A stretch of DNA of 64,000 nt from NCBI GenBank assembly GCA_036785375.1, contig JAWMAR010000204.1:4030001-4094000 (forward strand), given 5' to 3'. This stretch comes from Leucoraja ocellata (Eukaryota). Both the position numbers and the translations under genes were made by a program. Shown piece after piece: positions 13,135-23,876 of the stretch. Each line of letters opens with the position of its first letter. Positions within the stretch are counted from its first letter, which is position 1. Under the pieces are notes generated by a model. That model was not told the origin of the DNA and ran no database searches. It worked only from the letters and a program-made list of their open reading frames with translations.

Positions 13135-13270
13135 ACAAATTGCAACATTTCTGCTTATTATTAATTTGACTATCTTGATGTAATCAGTGTTTTCTGTTGC
13201 ACCAGTGACCAGTGGCCGTTGCAATTTCATTATATTGAGCAACCCCTAGTTATTCAGAATATAAATTACA
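13135..13270 (+). promoter_or_regulatory. Chemokine promoter: TATA box and C/EBP-like sites (repeated upstream of copies B and C)
   Basis: TATAAAT at 13260-13266, ~84 nt before the ATG. Also ATTGAGCAAC (13234-13243), TTGATGTAAT (13175-13184) and GTTGCAAT (13218-13225). Confidence 0.6.
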
Positions 13271-13343
13271 GAGCAAATAGAAGACACCAAGAAAAACCAA
13301 CTGGATCAGAAAGGCAAGGCTCGAGAAGACTGGAACTCCGACA

Positions 13344-14351
13344 ATGAACTACAGAGTTAGTGCTACACTCCTGCTGCTGCTTGGAATTTGTGCAGCTTTG
13401 TCTATGGGTGAGGAAAATACCCTAGATCTTGTCATTTAGAGTCTTTTAGCTTTATAGTTGTAATTAGATTTTTGATTCATTCAGCCAGTTGAAGGAACAG
13501 AAGACAGTTCAACGAATGTTCACTTGGATAATATTAGATATGGATTGTCTTATAATAAATGGATGAAGCGGGTGGGTCTGTACTCATTGTAATTTTAAAA
13601 ATGAGCGGTGATCACACTGAAACATAGAATCCTGAGTGGGTTTGGCAGGTTCTGATTCAAAGACAGTGTGTGTTTTCCAGGTTGTTCTATTTGATGTTCA
13701 GGCTTGCAGGTTACTATGTGTCCAGATGGAACTTGATGTTTCCTTCCTCGGTCTTAGAATAGGCCTTGTTGTAACAGCGCAGAAGGCCAAAGAAGGGGCC
13801 ACATTGTGAACACTGAAAGTAATAAAACTAATTTTAAGGAATATGTCTTTACAACTTGTCATTTGTCTTACAGCGGCTCATAAAGATATCAATTTAGGAT
13901 CACGATGTAGGTGCAGTACGTGTTCAACAAATCGCATGTCCGTGGGTAATATTCATAAAATTGAAATCATCGCAGCGAACAAAGAGTGCAATTACGCGGC
14001 AATCATGTAAGAATTGTTCATGCATTTAAATTTTCATGTTTATATTTCAATGGGTGGGATTCGTGATAATGTGGAGAAATTGTATGAATTGCATTTTATC
14101 GGCAGATCATCTGCCACAAGTGAAAGGAACAAACAAGAGAACTCTGACAATTAAATGATGTTGCAATTTATCCCCCCTCCTCCCCCCCTTCCCCCATCCC
14201 CTCAAAAATTCTAATAACTAGAAAGATAAAATGCCTCCCTTTTCCTTTCAGAGCTCATCAGATTAACCCACGTAAAGAAGTTTGTTTGAGTGGGAAGGCT
14301 GACTGGGTGAAGACGCTTATTATTGGCTTACTGGCCAAAACTGCACAGTAG
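13344..14351 (+). CDS. CXC chemokine copy A (intact, ELR-negative, 98 aa); exons 13344-13407, 13874-14006, 14252-14351
   Basis: Translation: MNYRVSATLLLLLGICAALSM-AAHKDINLGSRCRCSTCSTNRMSVGNIHKIEIIAANKECNYAAII-AHQINPRKEVCLSGKADWVKTLIIGLLAKTAQ*. It has a signal peptide, R-CxC, IxKIEII..C, VCL....WVK and GT-AG introns of phase 1 and 2, as in CXCL genes. A TATA box lies upstream and AATAAA downstream. Confidence 0.92.
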
Positions 14352-14451
14352 GATACATTTTGAAGGGCTTCATTGCCACAATGGTATCCTGAGGTGATGA
14401 AACAGGTTTTATACCTACAAATGTTTTTTTGGTGAAGTGATTTTAATTCTA

Positions 14452-14493
14452 AATAAAAAGGATTGTATCTCTGATAATGATTTAAGCATTAAA
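14452..14493 (+). terminator. Candidate polyadenylation signals of chemokine copy A (AATAAA 14452, ATTAAA 14488)
   Basis: Hexamers 100-140 nt after the stop codon, present in all four copies. Confidence 0.5.
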
Positions 14494-16672
14494 TACATGG
14501 CATTCTAAAATGTATTTGTCTGTTCCTAAATATAATGCCAAATCTTCTATCTCTTCCCTATAAGGGAAAGTCTCCAATATTAACTCATAGAATGAGGTTG
14601 ACAGCAGATCATTCCGCACAGATGTCTTTGCTGGTTATGTATAAGTGATATTCAAGTATTCTCACCTCTAGCTCTTCAAATCCCAACCACCACCAAAACT
14701 CCGCCACCATTTCAGTTATTTTCAAAGCCATGCAAATTTCTCCGCTTTGAAAGTTTTTCCAACTAACTCTTTATTGAAAGTTACCATCAAATCTGCTTCC
14801 ATTGCCTTTTCAGAGAGAAACTCCAGATTAACAACTCTTTTCCTTGTGTTTCTTCTGCAAATGTCTCCACATCCGTGCCCTCTATAGTCACTGATGCTTT
14901 TGCCATGAGCAACACTTTCATCATCCTTCCTCCATTTTATATTTCATGATATACTGGATATTGGATATACAGTATGCTTCAAATCCCACCTTCACTCCAC
15001 CTCTGCCCTGTTAAATAATCCAAGCTTTTCTCAATAAAATAGAGATTCCAAAAACATGGCTTCATTCTTGTAGATCAGCTTTGTGGGACTTTGATTTTGG
15101 ACGTAATTTGGTGCCAAGAACTGGAAGGATTACATCAGCTAGAAACCTATGAAAGGTTTATCTTAGTTCCTCGCTATTTTTTAATTCTATGATGAGATGG
15201 ACAATGCGCAGAATCCCTGTTTCCTTTTTTAATGGCAGTCATTGGCACATCAGGATGGAGGTGATTGAACTTTCCTGATCTGATGACATTGTAAATCCAG
15301 GGGCACGATACTACACCCGACTACGCTTTTTCCAGACACATCTTTCCAGCCACTGCTCCATTCTTTTCAGGGTCTCTATTACTTTGTCATTCACCTTTTC
15401 TCTGTCGGTAACACAAGGAACATTAAATTAAAGTAACCAGAGTAATGTGGATGAATGGCCTTTAGTTTAAGAACATACTTCATATTATTTTCAGCTATAA
15501 GCAGCATGGCACAGCAAGAAATGTGTCTGTCAAGAGCTTGCTATATTATATGTATGAAAAACTGCGTGCGTGCAAGTTTTGTTAATAAACTGCTTTGAAT
15601 CCAATAATCGTATCCTGGTCATCATTTTAAAGAGACACAGGGAGATTGATATGGAACACCAAAGTATCCCCTCCACAAGTCCAAGGAAGTGCAAGAAGTG
15701 GTCTTGTGTGTTCTGTTGCTGAGGTACGATTAGATTTGTTCGGGTCAGTTCAAGAACCTGTCGGTGTAAGAGAGTAACTATTCCTGAACCTGGTGTTGCG
15801 GTGAGTAGTGATCGATGATTCTAACCAGGAGCGTCTAGGACCAGGGGTCGTAGCCTCAGAATAAAATGGTGTTTCTTTAGGAAGTAGATAAGGAGGAATT
15901 TCTTCAGTCAGAGGGTGGTGAATCTGTGAAATTCATTGCCACAGAAGGCTGCGGAGGCCAGGTCAATGGATATTATTAAGGCACTTAGATAGATTCTTGA
16001 TTAGTAAGCATGTCAGGGGTTATGTGGAGAAGGCAGGAGAATGGGGTTGAGGGGGAGAGATAGGTAAATTCTCGTAAACCTCCTCTGGACCCTCTCCAAC
16101 ACCAGCCCATCTTTCTTCAGATATGGGACCCAAAACTGTTCACATTAATCCAAAGGCAGACTGACCAGTGCTTTATGAAGCCTCAGCATTGCATCCCTGT
16201 GTTTGTATTCTAGTCCTCTTGAAATAAATGCTAACATTGTATTTGCTTTTCTTACTAGTGATTATGCAATTTCTCAATATAACTAATGTATAAATCCAAG
16301 GATGCCATCTACCCTTGTGCACCATTCCAAACTTGCCCTGCCAGAGACTTGTGTGGCCCCTCCTTCAGTCCTGCCTCCTACTGTAACGTCACTACTCCAG
16401 TTACAGTATGTTGCCCCTCTACATACTCAAACATTTCTCTTCACATTTTGGTCCATGAGATTTCACTCACCATGTGTCTGCGCACTTCACCAGCCTGTCT
16501 CTGATTCTTGTCCCTCCCACAGTTTACACTATTATATGTTTCCATGTAGTCTGACAAACCAACCTTTCACCCAACTCTGTGCCTTGTCATCGGGTTAAAT
16601 ATACATACAAACTGATTGTCCGTGTCGCAAGAGACACACTGCTGTTAATAATAATAATAATAATAATAATAA

Positions 16673-16820
16673 ATAGGCACGGCCATTATAATTCGGAAAG
16701 GCATACCTTTTAAATTAAAGAAATCCATATCTGATAAAGAGGGAAGATATGTTATAGTCACGGGAGAAATTTACAATACACCATTAACTATGATAAATAT
16801 TTACCCGCCTAATTTTGATA
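16673..16820 (+). mobile_element. Internal L1 endonuclease fragment embedded in an (AAT)n tract (paralog 38161-38308)
   Basis: Translates IGTAIIIRKGIPFKLKKSISDKEGRYVIVTGEIYNTPLTMINIYPPNFDN (APE motifs GxAI, D..GRY, NIYAPN). Confidence 0.8.
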
Positions 16821-16821
16821 A

Positions 16822-18118
16822 TAATAAATAAATGTTATTACGGACTCGAGGTGCAGACAAGGGGCCACATTACATTAAAATGCATTGCATATTAAATATC
16901 ATAAAGTATATATAAATTATATCAAAAAAAAACAACACAATACAGAAGTTAAAAATCCAGATTAAAAGAATGATCAATGTCCTACAACGAGACAAGGATA
17001 CCAGTGTCTCCACAGCTGGGATTCGTAGCGTGTAGTGCTAACCCTTATGTTTGACAAGGCCACAATAATCACATTTTTAGAGTCATTTATCCTACAATGA
17101 ATACATGTGATGTCTTAGGATAGCTTCTAAAGTACTGACTCCTGCAGCCACAAACATATTACTGGCACTACACCATCTAGGTTTCCTTAGCAGTGTTCTC
17201 ATGGCATCGTTATATGCCACCTTTAGTCTCTGCATACTTGTCTTTCCATAGTTCGACCACAGGTGCGCAGTGTAGAGTGGTGTGCAGTATGCTCTAAATA
17301 GCGACATCTTCACCACACCTGCACACGCACCAAATTTACGCAATAGAATATTCGCCTGTACATACAGCATGCGTCGTTGCCTATAAATATCCTCATCATC
17401 TGTCATTTGTTCTGTAATAATATCCCCTAGATATTTTACCTTATTACAGACACTAAGATTATTGTCAGACAATTTAAAATCAGGAAATTGTAGACATTTA
17501 TCCTCTTTGGTTCTACAGATCATAACAGCACTCTTACTAGCATTATATTTAATCTCATGTTCCACACCATACACAGAACATATAGTAAGGAGCTGCTGGA
17601 GGCCAGCGCTAGTTGGACTAAAGACCACAAGATCATCTGCGTACATAATATGGTTCACTAAAATATTACCAATCACGCACCCAGTGTTACAGGCCTTCAG
17701 TTGTTTAGACAGATCATCAATATACAGATTAAAAAGGACTGGGGACAAAATCCCCCCTTGTCTAACACCATTGCTAACCCCAAATGTGGCTGAGACCCTA
17801 TTGCCCCATTTTATTTGCATAGTCTGGTGGGCATACCAGTACGCCAGAATTCTAACAATGTATTTAGGCAACCCTCTTTGACTCATTTTACCAAACAGCT
17901 TTCTGTGATTAACACAGTCAAAGGCTTTGGAAGCATCAATAAAGCACATAAGGATTGAAGAGTTTTTGCCTCTATATTTGTTTACAATCTCCTTTAGGGC
18001 ATACTGTATATGCATAAGTCAGTGCCATGTTTAGCTTTAAAGCCAAACTGGTTATCTGTGGAGTTAACAAACTCATTTATTCTATCCAGCAGAACTCTTT
18101 CTAAAACTTTTGACAAGA
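16822..18118 (-). mobile_element. RTEX-like LINE, 5'-truncated reverse transcriptase
   Basis: ORF 17092-18015 with FIDASKAFD, GVRQGGILSPVLFNLY, YADD, KYLG and LFRAYCTPLY motifs; (TTA)n tail. Confidence 0.85.
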
Positions 18119-18799
18119 ACAATGGAAAAACGTTTAATAATGTTGCACTGAATAAGGCTGCTTGTTCTATTGTGTGTCTGTCAGCTCTGTGAACGCCCAT
18201 CTATACATCAATCATACCACCCTCAGCAACATTTTTTGTTAAATTATCCAAGATCTCAAGGCCAGCATTTATTCCCACCTCGAACTTTTGTTTAGTGTCA
18301 CGTGTACCGAGGTACAGTGAAAAGCTTTTGTTGCCTGCTATCCAGTCAGCAGGAAGACAAAACATGATTGCAATTGAGCCATTTACAGTGTATAGATACA
18401 TGATAAGGGAATAACGTTTAGTGCAAGGTGAAGCCAGCAAAGTCCGATCAAGGATAGTCCAAGGGTCACCAATGAGGTAGATAGTAGTTCAGCATTGCTC
18501 TTTGGTTGTGGTCGGATGATTCAATTGACTGATAACAGCTGGGAAGAAACAGCCCCTGAATCTGGAGGTGTGCGTTTTTACACTTCTATACCTTTTGCCT
18601 GATCGAAGAGGGGAGAAGAGGGAATGGCCAGGGTGCAACTCGTCCTTGATTATGCTGCTGGCCTTGCCAAGGCAGCGTGAGGTATAAATGGAGTCAATAG
18701 AAGGAAGGATGGATTGTGTGATGGTCTGAGCTGGGCTCTGTCCACAATTGGCTGCAATTTCTTGCGGTCTTGGATGGAGCTGTTCCCAACGCAAGCTGA

Positions 18800-19550
18800 T
18801 TAGGAAAAGAAGAGATGTACCGAGACCTGGGTGTCATGGTACACCAGTCATTGAAAGTAGGCATGCAGGTGCAGCAGGCAGTGAAGAAAGCGAATGGTGT
18901 GTTAGCATTCATAGCAAAAGGATTTGAGTATAGGAGCAGGGAGGTTCTGCTGCAGTTGTACAGTGTCTTGGTGAGACCACACCTGGAGTATTGCGTACAG
19001 TTTTGGTCTCCTAATCTGAGGAAAGACATTCTTGCCATAGAGGGAGTACAGAGAAGGTTCACCAAACTGATTCCTGGGATGGCGGGACTTTCAGATGAAG
19101 AAAGACTGGATATACTAGACTTGTTCTCTCTGGAATTTAGAAGATTAAGGGGGATCTTATAGAAACGTACAAAATTCTTAAGGGGTTGGACAGCCTAGAT
19201 TCAGGAAGATTGTTCGCAATGTTGGGGAAGTCCAGAACAAGGGGTCATAGTTTGGGGATAAGGGGGAAGTCTTTTAGGACCGAGATGAGAACATTTTATT
19301 TCACACAGTGAGTGGTGAATCTGTGAAATTCTCTGCCACAGAGGGTGGTTGAGGCCAGTTCATTGGCTATATTTAAGAGGGAGTTAAATGTGGCCCTTGT
19401 GGCTAAAGGGATCAGGGGGTATGGAGAGGAGGCAGGTACAGGATACTGAGTTGGATGATCAGCCATGATCATATTGAATGGCGGTGCAGGCTTGAAGGGC
19501 CGAATGGCCTAATCCTGCACCTTTTTTCTATGTTTTCTACATTTCAATGT
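18800..19550 (+). mobile_element. CR1 LINE 3' fragment (paralog 40275-41020)
   Basis: ORFs 18815-19162 and 40289-40918 carry CR1 motifs. Confidence 0.9.
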
Positions 19551-21881
19551 AAGCTGGGATCCATCCTGATAAAATGTTTTCTTGTCATCACAATTCCCTT
19601 TAAGTATTACTGAATGATTTTAAATTGTGAGAATTCTGCTCAATATAATGTCCCTGCCCTCGTTCACCAATGATAGAGTACAAATTGTGGTGGTGACCCC
19701 ATGAGTTAGCACTCAAACTGTTTTTGATTTCACAACAATTAGAACAGGTTGTTGCACAACATTTCACAACCTGTATTCATGGCCCACCCTTCTCATGAGT
19801 TTATCTCCATCTTTAATATGTTTATTTGATCTCCATGGTCAAATCTTGCATCAAAGCAGACTGTACATTGAATATTACTGTCCTCTCAGTAATTTGCAGT
19901 CTTTCAGTAATTATCAGCACTCGGCTCCTTAGTTCACTCAGCGCTACTATCTGGAAAAAAACAACAAATATTTGTGAGTTGATCCTCTATTATTCTACAT
20001 AATTAAGTGGAGAAAGAGCATGAAATGAGCTGTAATCCCGGCCCCATTTACTTTGCATACAGTAGGCTGGTTGGTTGCTCCTGGATACACACAGTTTACA
20101 TCACTGGAGCAATGTCTTAATCTGTTCATCTATCAATGTTTATATCAGCGTGCAATTAGTGCTCCACTTATTAAGTTCTTAATTAGTGGTCGCAGACCAG
20201 TCCATCACACAATCCAATATCTATTCCATTGGCCCTATCTAAATTTCATGCAGCCTTGGCAAAGCCACCGGCATAATTAAGGACGAGTCTCACTCCAGAC
20301 ATTCCCTCTTCTCCCATCAGCGATACAAGATACAAGATACATTAATTTGTCACATGTGCCAGTTGGCACAGTGAAATGTGTTCACCGTACAGCCATACAA
20401 TACAAATAAAGAACACAACACACGATAGAGTTCAACATAAAACATCCCCACACAGCAGAATCAAAGTTTCCCAGTTTGAGGGAAGGTACCAAAGTCAGTC
20501 TCTCCTCTAATGTTCCCCAATGTTCACCCGTGGTCAGGGCCTCCCCGAGCCTTCCGCAGACGCCGCTACGGGCGGCCCGATGTTCAGGCTCGCTTGCCGG
20601 GGTGATGTAAGTCCGGCGTCGGGGCTGGGGGACCTCCTCAGTGGCTTGGACATCATAGTCGGCCACCTCCTACCGGAGTCCACGGCTCCCAAAGTCCGGA
20701 GGCCGTGCCGGGCGGAGATTCAACGCTGGCGGCCCTCGGCAAAAGGCCCCAGGACTCCGCGATATTGAAGTCAACGCCGCCCGCTCTGGGAGCTCTCCCA
20801 AACCGCTGCTCCACGATGTTGGAGCAGCGGCGTAACACTCCGGAGCTCCAAACGGCGTTCCAGGTAGGCATCGCCCGCTCTGCGGTGAATTTAGCGCTGC
20901 CCCGCCGCTGTTGAAGCTCTGGTCCAGTTCCTGCTTATTGTAACTTTAAAACAATGAGAGCTCATCACACTGAAACATAAACATCCTGAGGGGGTTTGGC
21001 AGCCGTGTGTTGGAAAAATGATCCTGCTTGTAGTAAAGTCTGGGACCAAAACACACCAACGCAGAATAAGGTGGAGATGTCATTTATGAATGAGACAAGG
21101 AAGAATATCTTCCCTCAATTCAGATTCAGATTCAGATTCAATTTTAATTGTCATTGTCAGTGTACAGTACAGAGACAACGAAATGCATTAATACATCAAA
21201 TATCGGTGACTTATCTGAATCCCTTATCCCAGGAAAGGGCTGAATTTTTGAATATATTTCAAAGTGGAGAAAATGTATGTTCTGTAAAAGAATCGAGTGT
21301 AATGGGACAGGGTGGGAGAGCAGATTTGGAACGTTGTATTAGCCATGGTTTTATTGAGCATGAGAGAGGCTCAAGTGCTGAATGGCCTGCTCCTGTTCCA
21401 ATTTCCTACCGTCTCCGTCACACCATTAACTTGTTTTCAGCTTCTTTTTTTAAAAACAAACTGTCTATTTTGATATAATCTACAAATTGCAACATTTCTG
21501 CTTATTATTAATTTGACTATCTTGATGTAATCAGTGTTTTCTGTTGCACCCGTGACCAGTGGCCGTTGCAATTTCATTATACTGAGCAACCCCTAGTTAT
21601 TCAGAATATAAATTACAGAGCAAATAGAAGACACCAAGAAAAACCAACTGGATCAGAAAGGCAAGGCTCGAGAAGACTGGAACTCCGACAATGAACTACA
21701 GAGTTAGTGCTACACTCCTGCTGCTGCTTGGAATTTGTGCAGCTTTGTCTATGGTGAGGAAAATACCCTAGATCTTGTCATTTAGAGTCTTTTAGCTTTA
21801 TAGTTGTAATTAGATTTTTGATTCATTCAGCCAGTTGAAGGAACAGAAGACAGTTCACCGAATGTTGACTTGGATAATATT

Positions 21882-23876
21882 AGATGGCGGACTGCGGGGG
21901 TGATGCGCCGTTGTGTATGGCTGCTCCTCCTGCGGTCCGTCCTTTCTCCCTTTTTTTTTAAATTTATTTTTAGTCCAATTCCTCCCTCTCCCTCCCTACC
22001 TCCTCCTCTTAATCCCCCCCACTCTCTCTCCTCACCTCCCCGGGATCGCGATGTAGGCCACCGCCAGCTCCGTTTTCTCCACAACGTCGGGGATTGAGTT
22101 GTGCTTGAGGTCGGGGGGGGGGGGGGAGGCTGAGCGGCCTGGAGCCGCGGGGGGGGGGGAGGCTGAGCGGCCTGGAGCCGCGGGGGGGGGGGAGGGAGGC
22201 TGAGCGGCCTGGAGCCGCGGGGGGGGGGGAGGGGAGGCTGAGCGGCCTGGAGCCGCGGGGGGGGGGGGGGGGAGGCTGAGCGGCCTGGAGCCGCGGGGGG
22301 GGGAGGCTGAGCGGCCTGGAGCCGCGGGGGGGGGAGGCTGAGCGGCCTGGAGCCGCGGGGGGGGAGGCCTGAGCGGCATGGAGCCGCGGGGGGGGGGGGG
22401 GGGGGGGGAGGCTGAGCGGCATGGAGCCGCGGGGGGGGGGGGGGGGGAGGCTGAGCGGCCTGGAGCCGCTGGGGGGGGGGGGGGGGGAGGCTGAGCGGCC
22501 TGGAGCCGCGGGGGGGGGGGGGGGAGGCTGAGCGGCATGGAGCCCGCGGGGGGGGGAGGGGAGGCTGAGCGGCCTGGAGCCGCTGGGGGGGGGGGGGGGG
22601 GGAGGCTGGAGCGCTGGGCCGCGGGGGGGGGGGGGGGGGAGGCTGAGCGGCCTGGAGCCGGGGAGGCCGAGACTGCGGCCTAGTCCTTGCCCCGGGTCCC
22701 GCTCCTCTCCCTTCCCGTGGGCCAGGTGCGGCAGCGGCCGCCGCCCCCAGACCTCGCCCCAGCCTCATCGCCGTGGTGATTTCGGGTCCACACACGCGGA
22801 TGCCGGGCCCACGCAAGGGGCGACTTTCAGTTGTTTTTGGATCTGCACGCGTGGATACCCTCAGTCACTTCCTCCCACCCTCCATTAACCCCTCTCCCCT
22901 CCCTACCTCCCTCCTCTCCCTCTATCCCCCTTCTCCCCTTATCTCCCTTCTCTAAGATGGCGGACTGCGGGGGTGATGCGCTGTTGTGTATGGCTGCTCC
23001 TCCTGCAGTCCGTCCTTTCTCCCTTTTTTTTTATTTTTGTTTTTAGTCCTGTCTGTGGGAACTTTTAATTGGAAGTCTTCTTTTCTGTGGTGGGTGGGGG
23101 GGGGGGGAAGGGGGAAACTGTTTTGATCCCAGTCCTACCTGGTCGGAGATGCGGTTTTCTTCCGGACCGCTTCTTCGTCCTCTCTGTGCGGCCTACCATC
23201 GAGCTGGAGCAGTGCTGGAGCGACGATTTCCTGCCGGGACTACAGCTTCGCCGGCGGTGCAGATGCTGGGACACCAACACCAACACGGAGCGGGCGATGG
23301 CTTACCGGATCGCCTTCGGGTAAGCTCCGGGGCACTGGGAACGCCGACTGCAACATCGCTGAGCTGCGGCTGCAGAGCGTCCAGCCGCGGGCGGGTGGCC
23401 CAGGATTTTAACACCACGGGGCCTGGTGTCCGAGTTCGCCAATGTCAGCGGTCCAGCCAGCGCGGCCTGAGAACTTTGGACATTGCAGTCTTCAGGGAGG
23501 AAGTGGCCGCTTCAGTCCAGGCCGCTGAAGAATGTTCACCCGACGCCGATGATCCAGCTTCGCGGCAGAGGGCCTGAGAAAATCGAGTTGGCTGAGGAGG
23601 CCACATATAGACCCCGACCTCGGGTGGACTATGAGGGGGAGAGCTGGATATTTTTAGTGCCTTCCTCACAGTGAATTCTGCTGTGGGGGGACGTTTCATG
23701 TTGATTTCTATAGTGTACTGTTCTGTGTCTTTTTCTTTTTCTCTTTTTTGTTTTTGTATATATTGACATTTGGTCTGTTCTATTAATTTAATCAAACTCT
23801 GTAAAGCACTTGGTTCAAATACTGGTTTTGTTGAAAAGTGCTATATAAATAAAGATTATTATTATTATTATTATTA
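21882..23876 (+). mobile_element. ~2 kb GC-rich non-autonomous retroelement in intron 1 of chemokine copy B
   Basis: Absent from copies A and C at the site GATAATATT|AGATATGG. It starts AGATGGCGG, its ~90-nt head is repeated at 22955, and it ends AATAAA plus (TTA)n. Confidence 0.8.
22112..22665 (+). repeat. G-rich minisatellite (Gn-AGGCTGAGCGGCCTGGAGCCGC), roughly 16 units
   Basis: Directly visible tandem repeat with variable poly-G spacers. Confidence 0.95.

Larger units (their letters stand above)
10880..19555 (+). repeat. Duplication unit type I (~8.7 kb) containing chemokine copy A
   Basis: Colinear with 32313-41025 (offset ~21.4 kb), including shared deletions and the RTEX/L1 insertions. 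Confidence 0.9.

Noticed and set aside
15189-15290. ATGATGA...CTGA as a possible C/D snoRNA
   Set aside because: No terminal stem or rRNA-complementary guide recognised; the C-box is altered in the 2020-2030 copy.
22112-22665. Regularly spaced repeat resembling a CRISPR array
   Set aside because: Spacers are only poly-G, the context is eukaryotic, and there are no cas genes.
21827-22816. 329-aa proline-rich ORF and overlapping frames
   Set aside because: Translation of the G-rich minisatellite within an intronic retroelement.
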